DNA of 61,170 nt from a virus (Duplodnaviria > Caudoviricetes). The number at the start of each line of letters is the position of its first letter. The first letter of the stretch is position 1. Made by a program: the position numbers and the translations under genes. The DNA lies in IMG/VR virus record IMGVR_UViG_3300025131_008672, positions 1 to 61,170 of that record. The stretch is one strand, 5' to 3'. A model generated the notes under the pieces. The model was not told where the DNA came from, ran no database searches, and worked only from the letters and a program-made list of their open reading frames with translations. Shown one piece after another: positions 8,469-21,400 of this stretch.

Positions 8469-11405
8469 TTAATATCCTCCCAAGGGGCCTAGGGGGATCG
8501 GAGGCAGCACTGTCGGAGGCGCTGTGCCGGTCGTTGTTGATGTTGTCGAAGCGGGCGGTGACGGAGGCTGTCTTGATGAAGCGGCGGCCGGAGAAGTGAC
8601 CAGGGCTACGCGTTTACTATAAGACATTTTGACGGCATCAATCGAGCTAACTTTCATAAGACCTATTATATATCTGTGTGTGGCCCTCATCACCTCTTTA
8701 TAAGTAGCGCGTTTGGGTGCAAGGCGAGGAGCGCCTAGGCCGAAGAGTGTCCCGAGCGGCTGCATATCAAACATGCTCTGTAGATTAAGCGTTTGTTTTA
8801 CCTTAACAAGCCTACACACCAAAAATTGTTGTTTAAGTTGGACTTTTTGATATTTTTGAGGAGTGAGCATTACCCAATTGGGCTTTATCACTCCGAGATC
8901 ATCATCATATGATTCTAGATATTCTACCCTTACTAATGAATCAAAATTAAGTACATTAGAGAGTTCCCCTATTTGGGTATTAAGGAGCGGATTGGCATTG
9001 AAGGCCGCTGCGGCTAGCGACCCTTGGATAGTTTTAGTATTAGTAGGGATGGTTTTCCGACTAAAAGAGGCTATTTGTTTATTAAACAATTGGAGCGCTA
9101 ACGGCGATTTATATGCCATTTTGGCCTTGGACCGAGGATTTTTTACAATCGAATCAGAAGAACCCGAAAGAGCGGCGCGAGATGATGCATCATCCAGCAA
9201 GAACCCGGCGCCTACCGATATATAAGAGTCCGAATCTGTACTCTCGGATAGTTTTTTATCTCCCGGGAAGAGAATCTCTCGTAAGCTAGCCTGGAGAGGC
9301 TGAATATAGACTCCGGCTGTTGCAAGACTCTCGCGTATGTTATCAATATCGGACTTTTGATCTTGAGGTTGTAGCTGCATTTGTGGCTTAAGTTTCGCAT
9401 TTATGACTCCGCTAAATTTTGTAGTGTCAACCTGTAAGCCTGCGGTCTTAAGTCCTTTTTTAGGAATCCCGGTTTTGACCACGGCCGGGGAAAGGTAACC
9501 GTATATGTTAATCCCCGGGGCATTGGGGTTGGGAACGGCATACTTGTCTACTTCTTGCGAAACTCTGTCGCGCATATCTTCATAGCTCACGGAGGGCAGC
9601 ACAAGCGATGTTGGGGACATAAAATCTCCCATGTAATCAAACCCCACTTCTTTGCGTCCTTTAAGGTTGTATCGCTGCCTAAAAGTGAACTGTTCCAATA
9701 AGACGGAAGTTTTCCGCCTATTGGCTATTCGCGAATAGATACGAGCCGATCCACCACTTCCAGCAGTTCCCACTACCAACAAGTTAGAAATCGCACTGGC
9801 AAAGTTTTCTACTACCTGTGGAACCAGTAGTCGTTGGGATTCCTCCGGGTTTAATTTTGTCCCCAGAGCCAGGAGATTTTTTTGCCAACTCTCCACGGGA
9901 AATACTTCAAAGGGTTCTTTACCAAAAATAAAATTAACTGACATGAGGTACGAGGCTATCAGCGCGCGCAGCTTATCATCTGCATCCGTCCCCTTGGTGC
10001 TGTTTGTGGTATCGACAGCAATAGCACCAGAAGCTGTCCTGGATGATTCATTCTCCCGATACTGTTTAGCCACAAGAGAAAGATTTTTTTGGATATCTTT
10101 TAAGACTATTGGGGTTAAATCATTAACAAGTACCTCGACTCGATATTCAACAGTCCCCGAATCAAAAGCACGAGCCTTTTTATCGTCAAAGACTACACTT
10201 AACACGTTTTGATCATTAAGGCCTGGGAGGTCTAAGAGCCGCACTCGGCCGCGGGCGCGAGACATTTTCCCGAACGGACTGGGCTGCTGAAGGGATGCAA
10301 AATACTCAAAATCATTTTCAACGGGGGGCGCCGAATTTAAAGCGTGGCCAGGTGTAAGGTCGTTTCCTACAGAATCTACCTTGATTACCTTGCGATAAAG
10401 CTTTATGTCCTCTACTACTACAGAACTCAAGAGGGCATCTAAATTCTTGATGAGGCCGCCGAACTTTGCCTTCTGTAGAACATAACGCTTTAGGTCAAAG
10501 GAAAATAGCCCATGAATGCTTCCGTCGATATTTCTGGATAGTGTAACAGGGGAAAAATAGGGTTTTTTATCCGCCGGGAGCGGTGTATTATCAAAGTCTA
10601 GCGTTCGAGCCGTATTTAAAATACGCAAATCTTTAACTTTAAGGTTAGTGATTGGTGTGGCCGCCAGTACTGGATGCTGAGTGTCCGGGGTGTGATATGT
10701 GCCCGCCATGATTGCTTTGTTTTGAATATGGGTATCGCCAGGCCAGATATCTCCTGGCTCACCAAAAATAGTGGCGCCCGTATTAATTGTATAAAGATTG
10801 GTGGAAATGGCCGTCATCTCATTTTCCATCACCACTTCTTTAATAATATTTCCCACAAAACACCTATTTTTATAGGTCCGATATGATGCTACAAGTAAAT
10901 ATAGATTTACCACATCGCGATCACCGAGACCCAAAATTTCATCATCTTGCGTGTGGGCTGCCGTTATGAGGCCCGACAAGACAGAACCTCCTTTGGTGTC
11001 TTTTAGAGTGGTGGTCTGAGTATAAGTATTATTGTAGATAAATGCAGATTGTTCTTTATTTAAAGCTGCCTTCGTCTTAAAGTCTTTGCGAGTTAGGGAA
11101 AAATAATGATTTTGAGTTCGGGAGGTATTAGTTTTTGTACCCAAAATTAAATCTTTAAGGCGCGAATCGTCAGAAACTCCCTGCGCATTATATAAAAGAT
11201 CGCGTATATTGGTGACGTCTTGTGTAAGATAAACAAGATTTCCAAACTCCAAAGCCGTATCGAGAGGAGGAAGCTCATCTATTTCATTGGAGATATTGAG
11301 GGACACTACTAGTTCATTTTCCACGTTTAAGGATATACTAATACCTTCCACATTAACAAAAGGAACATCCGAACTGTATTCATAAACATAGGGGGAAACA
11401 GTCAT
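8469..11405 (-). CDS. Large putative structural protein, 978 aa, Pro/Thr-rich C-tail
   Basis: Long ORF with TAATG coupling to upstream gene; tail operon context; no recognisable catalytic motif. Confidence 0.5.
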   Translation of the reverse strand: MTVSPYVYEYSSDVPFVNVEGISISLNVENELVVSLNISNEIDELPPLDTALEFGNLVYLTQDVTNIRDLLYNAQGVSDDSRLKDLILGTKTNTSRTQNHYFSLTRKDFKTKAALNKEQSAFIYNNTYTQTTTLKDTKGGSVLSGLITAAHTQDDEILGLGDRDVVNLYLLVASYRTYKNRCFVGNIIKEVVMENEMTAISTNLYTINTGATIFGEPGDIWPGDTHIQNKAIMAGTYHTPDTQHPVLAATPITNLKVKDLRILNTARTLDFDNTPLPADKKPYFSPVTLSRNIDGSIHGLFSFDLKRYVLQKAKFGGLIKNLDALLSSVVVEDIKLYRKVIKVDSVGNDLTPGHALNSAPPVENDFEYFASLQQPSPFGKMSRARGRVRLLDLPGLNDQNVLSVVFDDKKARAFDSGTVEYRVEVLVNDLTPIVLKDIQKNLSLVAKQYRENESSRTASGAIAVDTTNSTKGTDADDKLRALIASYLMSVNFIFGKEPFEVFPVESWQKNLLALGTKLNPEESQRLLVPQVVENFASAISNLLVVGTAGSGGSARIYSRIANRRKTSVLLEQFTFRQRYNLKGRKEVGFDYMGDFMSPTSLVLPSVSYEDMRDRVSQEVDKYAVPNPNAPGINIYGYLSPAVVKTGIPKKGLKTAGLQVDTTKFSGVINAKLKPQMQLQPQDQKSDIDNIRESLATAGVYIQPLQASLREILFPGDKKLSESTDSDSYISVGAGFLLDDASSRAALSGSSDSIVKNPRSKAKMAYKSPLALQLFNKQIASFSRKTIPTNTKTIQGSLAAAAFNANPLLNTQIGELSNVLNFDSLVRVEYLESYDDDLGVIKPNWVMLTPQKYQKVQLKQQFLVCRLVKVKQTLNLQSMFDMQPLGTLFGLGAPRLAPKRATYKEVMRATHRYIIGLMKVSSIDAVKMSYSKRVALVTSPAAASSRQPPSPPASTTSTTTGTAPPTVLPPIPLGPLGGY

Positions 11406-12421
11406 TAACAGGGCTCCTCGTCCTCGGATTCATAAATGTCCCGTGTAATAGGCTCTCGGACAGCGTTGGTCGCGACTTGGTGATGCGAGATATTGTGCTC
11501 TGCAAATATAAAATCTGGAATCTCCTCGTCTACAAATATATCCATATAATAACTCACATTCCCCGGAATATTTAACTCATTTTCAATAGGCCGGACTTGC
11601 CCAAAATTAGGATCCGTAGTCGGTGCATAAGCGAGTTGAACATATTTTCCGTCGGAGCCCGAATGGTACACCTCAATATCAAAATTTTCTTTTTCAAAAT
11701 CTGTGTTATGTTCGAGTATCTCTAGTAATATGTAGTTTTGTTCAATGCCGAGGGCCAAACTTGTTGCGGGAATTCCAAACACCTCTACCTGATCATCGTT
11801 TGATTCTAATTCCAGATCGTATACCCCGAAGTCTTCAGTTTCATTGTCGGGTTGAGCGTCAGGATCGACGGGGATTTCAAATTCACCCTCTCCCCAATCC
11901 ATAAAAAACATTTTATAATTCATATCAATATTAATTTGAGGAATATTTTCTATAAACCCCCCATCATCTAAATATGAAAGCGAAGAAGAGATTTGGGGGG
12001 TAGAAAGTAGTTGCACCGACCAAGCCGCATCATAAGGGGTATCCAATGAAGAGCGCCCCAAAGCATGTGCATTTATCTTTCCCTTATTTTCAAAAACTTC
12101 TACCTTACTAAAAACATCCACCTTATCAGCCGGATCAGAGTTAGAGCCGAGGAGGCCCGTAATCTGCTGAACAAATGAATTTACGCGAGTTTCTGCGCCG
12201 GTTCGGGTGGGAGACACTTTTATGCTTGGAGTTGAGCTTTGAATACGTCCCTCTATCATATTCTGATTTTCGGTGCTGCCAGCGGCTGACGCGTCATACA
12301 AGATGTCATCATCAAAAAAACAATAATAAGATGGCTTAAGACGACCCAAGGACAAAAGATATTTGCCATATTCAGTCAGCTGAAAGTCGAGAACTTCTTC
12401 TTTTTTATTAAAAAACGACAT
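11405..12421 (-). CDS. Virion structural protein, acidic, N-terminus paralogous to 4748-5695
   Basis: DFQLTEYGKYLLSLG...YCFFDDDILYD aligns with DAVLTDLGRKRLAEG...FALADDEIDYG. Confidence 0.55.
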   Translation of the reverse strand: MSFFNKKEEVLDFQLTEYGKYLLSLGRLKPSYYCFFDDDILYDASAAGSTENQNMIEGRIQSSTPSIKVSPTRTGAETRVNSFVQQITGLLGSNSDPADKVDVFSKVEVFENKGKINAHALGRSSLDTPYDAAWSVQLLSTPQISSSLSYLDDGGFIENIPQINIDMNYKMFFMDWGEGEFEIPVDPDAQPDNETEDFGVYDLELESNDDQVEVFGIPATSLALGIEQNYILLEILEHNTDFEKENFDIEVYHSGSDGKYVQLAYAPTTDPNFGQVRPIENELNIPGNVSYYMDIFVDEEIPDFIFAEHNISHHQVATNAVREPITRDIYESEDEEPC

Positions 12422-15400
12422 TACCTAGAGCTTCCTTCGGGTGGGTCGAGGGGGGCCGGGCCGCCGCGGCGTCGCCTACGGGATGGGCGTCGTCGTCGTC
12501 GCGGCCGCTCATCATCAGTGGGGCGCGTTGAGCGGCGCAAGCCTTCGGAGCCTTCCTGCACCTCCGGCGGGCCGCGGCGATTTGACGCATTAGGATTGGA
12601 CGGGATTGCTGCGGCGATGGTTGGCGGAGGACGGCCATCTAGATCGCCTTCATCATTCTCGGAAATTTCAAATTGCATATCTGCGGATGTCCATTGTGCT
12701 GTGGCATCAATCTTAGCTAGTTCAACTATTGAGAAATAGTCATAAGGCCAGTTATAGGTATAAGGGCCGCGCAGCTCCGGGACTATAGCACTAGTATCAT
12801 CAGTTACTAACGATCTTCTATATTTATTATACTCTCTTTGGGCTTTCTTTTTAACTTTGAACACGAGCCATTCAATGGTATCGCCTTCGGTGGCCATTAA
12901 GTTGAGAAGCTCCCGGTCTTCAACAACGACTTCTTGTTCGTCGATGAGTTCTTCGACGTCGGGAGGCAGATTTTGCCACATATCTGCTATATCCTGTTGG
13001 GTAATGTCGGCAGAGAATTCAAATACATATGTCAACACAGGATTAACTGTCTTATGTCGCGTGAAATCAAATTTAGGCGGAAATACATATTTGTCCACCG
13101 CAGCCTCTAGATTCCGATACATCAAAGTATTACGCATACGCCTGTTAACCTTAAAGAACTGTCTCTTATTCTTCTTAATTTTATAGGGCACCACCACGAT
13201 TGCCTCTTCAAGCTTGTTCTCTTTCTTAACGTCCCCAACTCGGAAAGAGATGCCCTTTTGAAACCCAACCACGTCGGCAAGAGAATTGATGATTCCTCCG
13301 TCATCTGTAATTTCAGCAAAAACCCCAGCTGTTGATGAAGTAATAACCGATCCATATTGGTGCCACATTCCGCGGGTTACTAACGACCCCGCTGAAGTTT
13401 GGGTACCTTCGAGACAGACGGAGGCTGGTGGCGAATCATAGGATGCGTTAGCAAAATTTAAAATGGGAGTTTCAAATTTGGATTGAATAAGCCAATAATT
13501 CTGTTGTGTATTGGTGCCGCGCGGGACCTCGCTAACCTTTTCGGTTAGATTAAAGCTGCTATCAAGTTGCATGCGAGGATCATTGAGGCGCCCCGCGGTA
13601 CGATCAGCAGGGATTATTGAGTCGAGGCCGGGAAGCGGGATAGCCAGGGAAGCACTTTGATTAATATAGGTGACCTCTCGCTGATATCGAATGCGTAAGT
13701 TGGCCAAAACCTCATCTACCGTTGGCACCCCATCATAAGATGCCGTATAAATAAGTTCCGCTATTGCTTCCCCGCTATAGTATGGAGGCAAGACGTGTGA
13801 GAACGTCGGGTAGACCTGTTTCTTGTAGGAGACGCCAAACTGGGCATATGTCGCTAGAGGAAACCCAAAAGCACTAGCCCTGCTATACATATCCCACTTC
13901 GAAGAATCCCTCGCATTCGCAGCGCTGCGGAAGAGCCGCAATGTGCTCCTATAAACCGATCCGCTCTTCACAGACTTAAACTGATCTTCACGATTAGACC
14001 GGATGCTGGTTATTCCATTGAGGAAAAAGTTTGAACTCTCACATAAGAAATTATCGATAGCATACCGATACCCTCCTTCTGGATCTTTTAGCTTAACTAT
14101 AATTTCCTCTCTTCGGCGCTTGGTCACATAATGCTCGGCGAACTGGATATTAGCGATTGTGGCGAACGTCGACGACCCGGAATCCATGGACTGCCCCGGT
14201 AAGGTGGCCGCAGTATCGAAGACTGCAGTATCAAAAAGCCGCGGTGCTGCGCGGAGGTAGGTATTAAACCCGGCGGAGGAAGCCCCCATTCCTAGTGTAG
14301 CTTGGGTATTTCCTATCTTCCGCAAATTATTATAATTAAAGAAAGTAGAAGGATCCCGGATAGCATCAAAAGGCACTTTAGCAATATGATACCCGTTGCT
14401 ATCGACTGATCCGGTCCCCATATCAAGTAGCCATTTATACCACAGAGTACCCTCGGGGTACCCGTTGGCAAAAGCAGTGTTGGACTGGCCTTCCCTTGGA
14501 AGGGCTCGGAAATTTACTGAGGACGTATTAAGAAGCACACAACTTCCCACCGCAATCCCTGATTTTATCGTGTTGAACAAAATCCCCGGGGACATCATGG
14601 GCTCCAACGCAATTCGGAACGCGTCGGCGCCGGAGTCCACGTCGGTGGCGCCTCGTAAAAATGAGCCTCCATACGACTGGGAAAATAATGTCGCTAGTTC
14701 TAGAGTTCGTTCGGCAGGATAAAAGCCCTTATAGGGAAGAAACTTGATAAGGCCGCTTGCCTTTAGCTTGATACGATCTCTGGTAATTTTTAAATCGCCG
14801 GCGCGCGTATCATTTAGATCTTCATCTATTGCAGCAAAATACTTCATAAAGTCTGTGTTGCTGTAAGTTCGGAAGAAGGTGCGCTGTGCGCTGGAAGCTG
14901 GAGATGCACCGGTGATTTCATACAAATTATTAATTTTGTCGGTAAGAAAGTCTCCATTATGTGTAGTATAATAGGTTTGTAGATGTTCACTTATTCGGAA
15001 CTCCGGAATAATTGAATGATCTTTGCCCACTAAACGAATTTGATCAGCCCATGTGGAATAATTTTGATATGGGTTTTTACCTGATTGTTCTGCGGCCTGC
15101 CACCGTACATCTCCAGCCAACACTTCAAAGCTATATCCACTTATTGACGTCCGTCCCGTAGGCAGACGCCACGCATATGTGGGCGCTGCCACTTGTGTAC
15201 CAATCTGCGCGGGGAGTTTCGAAGAACATCCATTGGTATCATATGAGGCAGAGAATCTAGAGTAGGAGTTCATCAGTTCCCCGGCGCCGTCGGTCGGTCT
15301 TACCGAAGATGTCGTAGTAAAATTAAGGTGAGCGTCAAGAGGCCAGATACTAGAGGTGGTGATAGTCTGCCCCATGGTTCCCACACGGCCTCCAAGCGCT

Positions 15401-18400
15401 GATCGCTTTGCCCGGCTGTCATTCCAGATATTATCAATAGTATATGCAGTGCGGCCGCGTACGGTGTTCCGGTACATGTTGCGTGCCGAAGGATACATAG
15501 TTTCACTATATTCAACAACTGTACTTAAGTCGCTCTCAACCACAAAGTCCCTAACTGTGTCAAAAACCATAGGCTTGTCGAGATCAATTTTGAGACCCAA
15601 CCGATTATTAAGCCCCTCACTATTGAAATATTCTAAATTATTCCCGTAGGGAACCCGAAGGGTGATATTATTATCGAAGCGCGTCATACTGGCGAAGGGA
15701 GCGGGAGGTGGTGTTGTATTGTCCTCCAAATAAAATTGCACAGTACCACAACGACTATTAATGGGGGGCTCATAATAGAGGGCTGCTGTGTTAGGACGCG
15801 TTGGAGAAGTAAACCCTATTACTTTATTATTTATAATGTCAGGAATGGCATGTGGTGGCCGCACCTGACCCAAAATATTTTGCTGACGCAGTCCCCGAGC
15901 CACCGGGGAGTCCCCCGCTCTTATCTGTTTCCATGTGGGATAACCATAAGGACCATTGCGATTCAATAGAAGCGCATTTAAATAATCATTAGTATTTGTC
16001 AGAGTGGGCGCGTCCCAATAATGGTCTGAATTAATATAGTTGCTCGAATATGCTGGGCTCGTATTGTCGTTTAGCGCAATCTGTGAGATTGTGGTATTTG
16101 TTCCGGTGCCACTATCAGGAATGCCTGTGGAGGTCTCGCCCGAACGATTGACAATAGAGGTATCTGTATCTCCCAAATCACTGGAGAACCTGAACCAAGT
16201 CAACAGTTCATCTAACAAAGGGGTCACGCCGGCCATATTTACCCTGCCACCATTATTGTAAAGCATTTTTACTTCATTAGCACTCAATTCGCGACCCCAA
16301 ATAGCTGCGTTAGCCATTTGACCATCGAAGCCGCGGTTCGCATCGTCGTTATTTCCCAGGACACAAGTATCTGTGGCAATAATCACAGGATCGGTGACAA
16401 CAGATGTGGATGTATTCTGGACGCCCTGGAGATAAATGCGCATTGTGCCACCGGACCCCCCAGCATATGTAAAAACTGCATGCGTCCACCTATTGAAAGG
16501 AACAGTGCCGACGCCCGAATTGAGTGTCGTGTTGCCCAAGGCCGTCACGATCTTGAAATTGACCCTCGTCGTACTTAGGTAAGCCATTCGACGATCGGAG
16601 GCATCACCAAATTCACAAAGACGCGAATCGGCGGATCCATAAGAAAGGGGATAAATCCACATTGAAACAGAAAAGGCTTTGGCAGCCGCTCCCGAACCAC
16701 CAATCAAATCATTCCAAGTATTGGCTGGCCCGATGTCCAACCTCGAGTTGGTGCCATTAAACGTCATGACATCCAAGGGTAGAGTGGGGTCAGCAAAGCC
16801 CAAGGTCCGACCGTGAACATTCACATCATCGAGAATCTGCGATCGCAGCCCAACGAAATCACCCTCACCATAGGCCACCGATGCAGTCACTAGTTGGTAA
16901 AGGGCTGACGCGGTCACCGAAGCAGGGGAGTCTAGAGTTAGAATAGACCGACCAGCAGCCATCGACGAAGAAATCCATGCATATTGGCCTTCAGACTGGG
17001 GGATGGCGTGCTGGACAAACAGATTGTCATAAATCGAGGCCGTTATATTGGCATGGGTAGCCTCTGTGGGCCTTCTCTTGCGGTTTCGATTGGTTTTGTG
17101 CCACGATGGAACTGTCACATAAGTTAGCTCCGGCACAGAACCATAGGCGGCGTCTGAGCCAAAGGGGCCGCAGTGCAAACTGGCGCGCTGATCGAGGCCG
17201 CGATTCTTATTAATCTGATCCACCACCGTGATTGTCCGGGCAGCAACCGGATCAACAGAGGCTGAGCCCGACAGTCCGTAATCGATAATTGAGAGATTAT
17301 GGTATGGGGCTGCATTATAAACTGAAAGTTCTTCGTGTGCTGGGTTCATATACCCCAACGACATGACTTCATAACCACTCCCAGCATAACGGTTAACAAT
17401 AATAGTCTGATTAGAATCCGATCCTGTACGCTGGGGTATAAGGTAGTCTAGGTTGCCTCCACAGTTCGCGGTGCCATGGCCATAGGATGCCGTGGTTTGG
17501 CCTCCACGAATATTAAAGTTCGTGGTGGCGTCGTTCGCAAAAGCTCTAGCGCTGGATGACAACCTCAAGACACTAATAACAGCCTTCGGAGAGTCCGGGG
17601 CAGTCGCCTCGGCCCACCGGAGGGTGCCTCCGAAATTACCATCATTCTTCCAAGGTATGTGGTCCTGGCCCACGTTTGGAGGACGGTACCACGCTGCCAA
17701 TTGGTATCCCCCGGAGACGGCAGCAATGGCAGCATCGGTAACTAGAGTGCCCGTTAAACTAGCCGCTCCTTGGTGTGTCCAGTCGAGAGGAAGATTACGG
17801 AAGCTACAGTTAGTCCGAGTACCGGTGGACCCAGTCCTCGTCGTTGTAGCATATAAGGCGTCCCTAAAAGTGTCGCTAGAAATTAACTTTTGGGGCCCAT
17901 AGGAGGCACTCATGTGTTTGGTTGACCAAAATGATATTTCTGCGATTGAGGCGGAGTGGAATGATTCGGCATATATCCACGCGCCGTCCCACGGCATAAA
18001 GATGGCGCCGACCTGATCATCACTAGAGCCGCTCATGGCTGCCATGACCGTGGACACGTAGGATCCTTGTCGGTAATAGGATGCGGAGCGCACCGTCCCA
18101 TTAACATAAATGTTATGATTGCTGGCAAAGAAATCAGTTGTCTTCACTTGACTTCCTAGATCGCATACACCAAATAAAATATGATACCAGCCCGGACCGG
18201 TAAAAATATCATTTGCTGATTCCCAATATGTATTTTCTGGGTTGGTACCAGCACCACGCATTATCTCGATACACAAGGTTGGGCGCGTCGATCCGGATTT
18301 TAAGAAGAGGCGTCTAGGAGTAAAGTTCATCCCTCCGTCATAACCACCCCAGGAGACTATAACGCGCTCTTCTCCGTCACCAGAATAGCCGGCTGCATCC

Positions 18401-21400
18401 CACGCGGGCCCGGCAAGCTGACACGTGTTTTTAGAGGCAGAAAGCCAAACTCCCATCGTAAAGGCCTTAGCTTGGAGCATGGCGGGGGTCGCAGATATCG
18501 CCGATTCATCAAAGATATACGTATTATTGTTGGCTAAGCCATCATTTTTCATATAAAGAGTGCTTTTAAGATTATAGGTGCTTGTTTCAGTATCGGCAGC
18601 CGGAAGATAAAGAGGGAAACGTCCACGAGTAGCCAGTGTTTCGGGATAAAGAGCAAAGTTAAATGACTGATCATTAAAGAATGGATCATTCTTCATGCGC
18701 GAATTCGAATTGACAACTTGATAGTTCTTCTCATAGTTACCAATAACTGTGGATCCAGTCCGCATTCGAATGTTACGAATATTTACCGGCCGCTTAGTTG
18801 TTTCATCTCGGAACCTAAATGCCGTGGGAAGGGAAGTGTCCTCACTCCCATGAGGAGCATTGGGGGGAAGGATTGCTAGAGACTTGGGTGCGACGCCCAC
18901 AACATTCTGGGTTCCTCCATTATCAAAATTAATACGGAACCCTTCCCCGCGAGTTTTATTACTGTCGGTTCCCTTATTAAGCGCTGTGTGGCGATAATAG
19001 CGCCCCCCTACATATTTTTCAGGAAACGGACCCTGCATAGGGATGTCAGTATCGATCACAAAATCATTATGTAGATTAGTGAGAAGGACGCCAGAGGCGT
19101 AATTGGCCACAACTTCAGCATTGTAGCCGCCAACAACAGAAGAACTATACAAACTAAATGGCGCATGGCGTGGTCCGGAGATCGACCCAGCAGTCGCGCT
19201 TCCCGATAAATCAAAACCCAAACGTTGCTTAAAGGGAGGATAAAAAACATCTGGACTCTCGATTAGTTGTTCTACAGTGCTTCCCGAGGAAACCAATATA
19301 TTTTTTAAGGCAGCTGACCCGGCGATCGAACCTCCCCAAGCCGCGGCCGCGCGGAAAACATAATTAACTACTGAATTGTGGTGACGAGCCACACCACCGG
19401 GGGCGGTTGCGCCCTCTATAGAGAACTTAGCAGGACTCAAGGTGCGGCGGTCGAAGGTTTTTTTGACCGACGCAAAGGCCGTCGCGCGGTTTGAAGCGGG
19501 TGTGCGCTCTTCCATATAGCGGTGCCAGTATATATTTTTTTGTTCAGGCGGATCGCCCCATACAGTAGCGGGGACAGGAGCGTGGAAAAGGGCCCACGGG
19601 CGTATTTGTGATGTATTAGATGATCCAATTTGACGCTTGGTAAAAGCTGTATTTGTGAAAAAGGCACTTCCTTGTGGATACTCGTCTGGAGAACCTTGCG
19701 CAGAACTGTCTCCACCCATAAAACCCTGAAGGGTTCCCGTGATATCGGTAGCTCCGTTTTTCTCTAAGAATGGAAACTTTCTCTGATACTTAGGCCGCTC
19801 TAGAATATGATTTTCTATAACGGTGCGCACGTTTTCTGCCACATCTGCCGAAGCAGGGACAAGTTGACGCAACATCACAGAAAGAGAGGCATCTAGCCAT
19901 TTATAAAACTCATAAAACTTATCAAAATCCAGTTCTTTATTCTGAACTTTTTCAAAAAACTTCTGACGCATAAAGTTGAGGTCTTTATATTCTGGGCGCC
20001 ACTGGTTAACGGGGTCACCAATGAGATTATGAAAGTCTCGTAACCCACCGAAATAATTAACCATTTCTTCCGAAATTACCTGATACATGCTTTTTTCAAA
20101 AGCAAAGAAATAGTTGGTAGGACGGCTGTTGGGTCCGAAGACATTCTGATCTAGGGCTCCCAGGACCGTTACCATATCGTGGGAATATAGATTTTCAGGT
20201 AAATTTAGTTTGGAAGAAACTATAAAATCTTTATCGATAGGAGTTGTAGAGGAAACTGCAAAGTTGCTCCCACTGGCGGTATACTGTCGATTTAAAATAG
20301 TACTAAGTGCATCGAAACTTGAATTAATTCGATTACGATAGGCTGACCCCGAACTTAAATCTGCAACCTGAAATTGGCCCTGCGCATTCGAGCCCGTATT
20401 TGTAAGGAACTCCCAATTAAATACGAGGGTATCAAATTTAGTCACATCTCCATAGGATGAACTGGGCTTAAAGGGATACGCATAATAATGAGGATGGAGG
20501 GCGCCGTAACTCTCTGTGTCAAGAGCGTGAGCACCTAGAGCCGAATCCTGTAAATAATCGAGCCAGAATCGGCAGGCATTTACTTTAACATCGGATGTTT
20601 GAAGAACGCTGCCCGTAAAATTCACACGATGGGCGCCTACGTACACACGACGCGAACTTGTCATAAAGGTAACTGGTACACTATCCACCGTCTTTGCTGC
20701 AGTAAACGTGTTGACTATTTCCCCGGCGTCGGCCTCAACACCATGAAGCTCTATTGTATAGCTCCCCGTAGTGCGCAGAGGATCCAAATCCGCGCCCTCG
20801 ACAAACGCGGAAAGAGGATATTTTTCTGGTTTAATCCTTACGGCGAGATTCCAGCGACTATTGTCATAAACCTCTTCAAATAAGGGAGAAGTTAAATAAG
20901 GAACTTTACCGTTGGTGGAGCTGGTTAGAACAAAACGAACACTAGTGGAGTTTATCTCGTCACGAACTGCATAAACTTGAAAATTAACACGATCGGTGGA
21001 GGGCCACGTAGGATTCGTTCCGGGGTTGCGTTTTCCTACCCCGTGTATCCCGAAAAGAGAAGAACTAATAGTATCAGTGTTAACATAAGCTACACTTGCC
21101 TGATCGCTCTTCAGAGGAAAAAGTATTTCGCTTTCTAGCGTTATCGCGTGGCCGTCGAGGAGTGCCGCACTTGATGTAATAAACCCAACCGAAGCTGTAT
21201 TGGTCGTATCAACAGCGTTACACACCACGCCGGCCTTGTTGGCACCTGTATTAAAGTCTACAAAGCGATCTGCCACCACGATATTGCGGCGATCGTTGCG
21301 GAGTTCGAACTCCACATTATTGGCATACATATTGAATTTAATAAGCTCATCATCAACGCCGAAACATCTAATAAGATTGCGAAAACTTTTCTCCGTTCCC

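Noticed and set aside
12408-12638. 76-aa alternative-frame minus ORF over the end of the giant gene; similarly 34384-34752
   Set aside because: Local GC-rich sequence depletes stops; no SD or slippery site identified; the main frame ends with a clean TAATG coupling.
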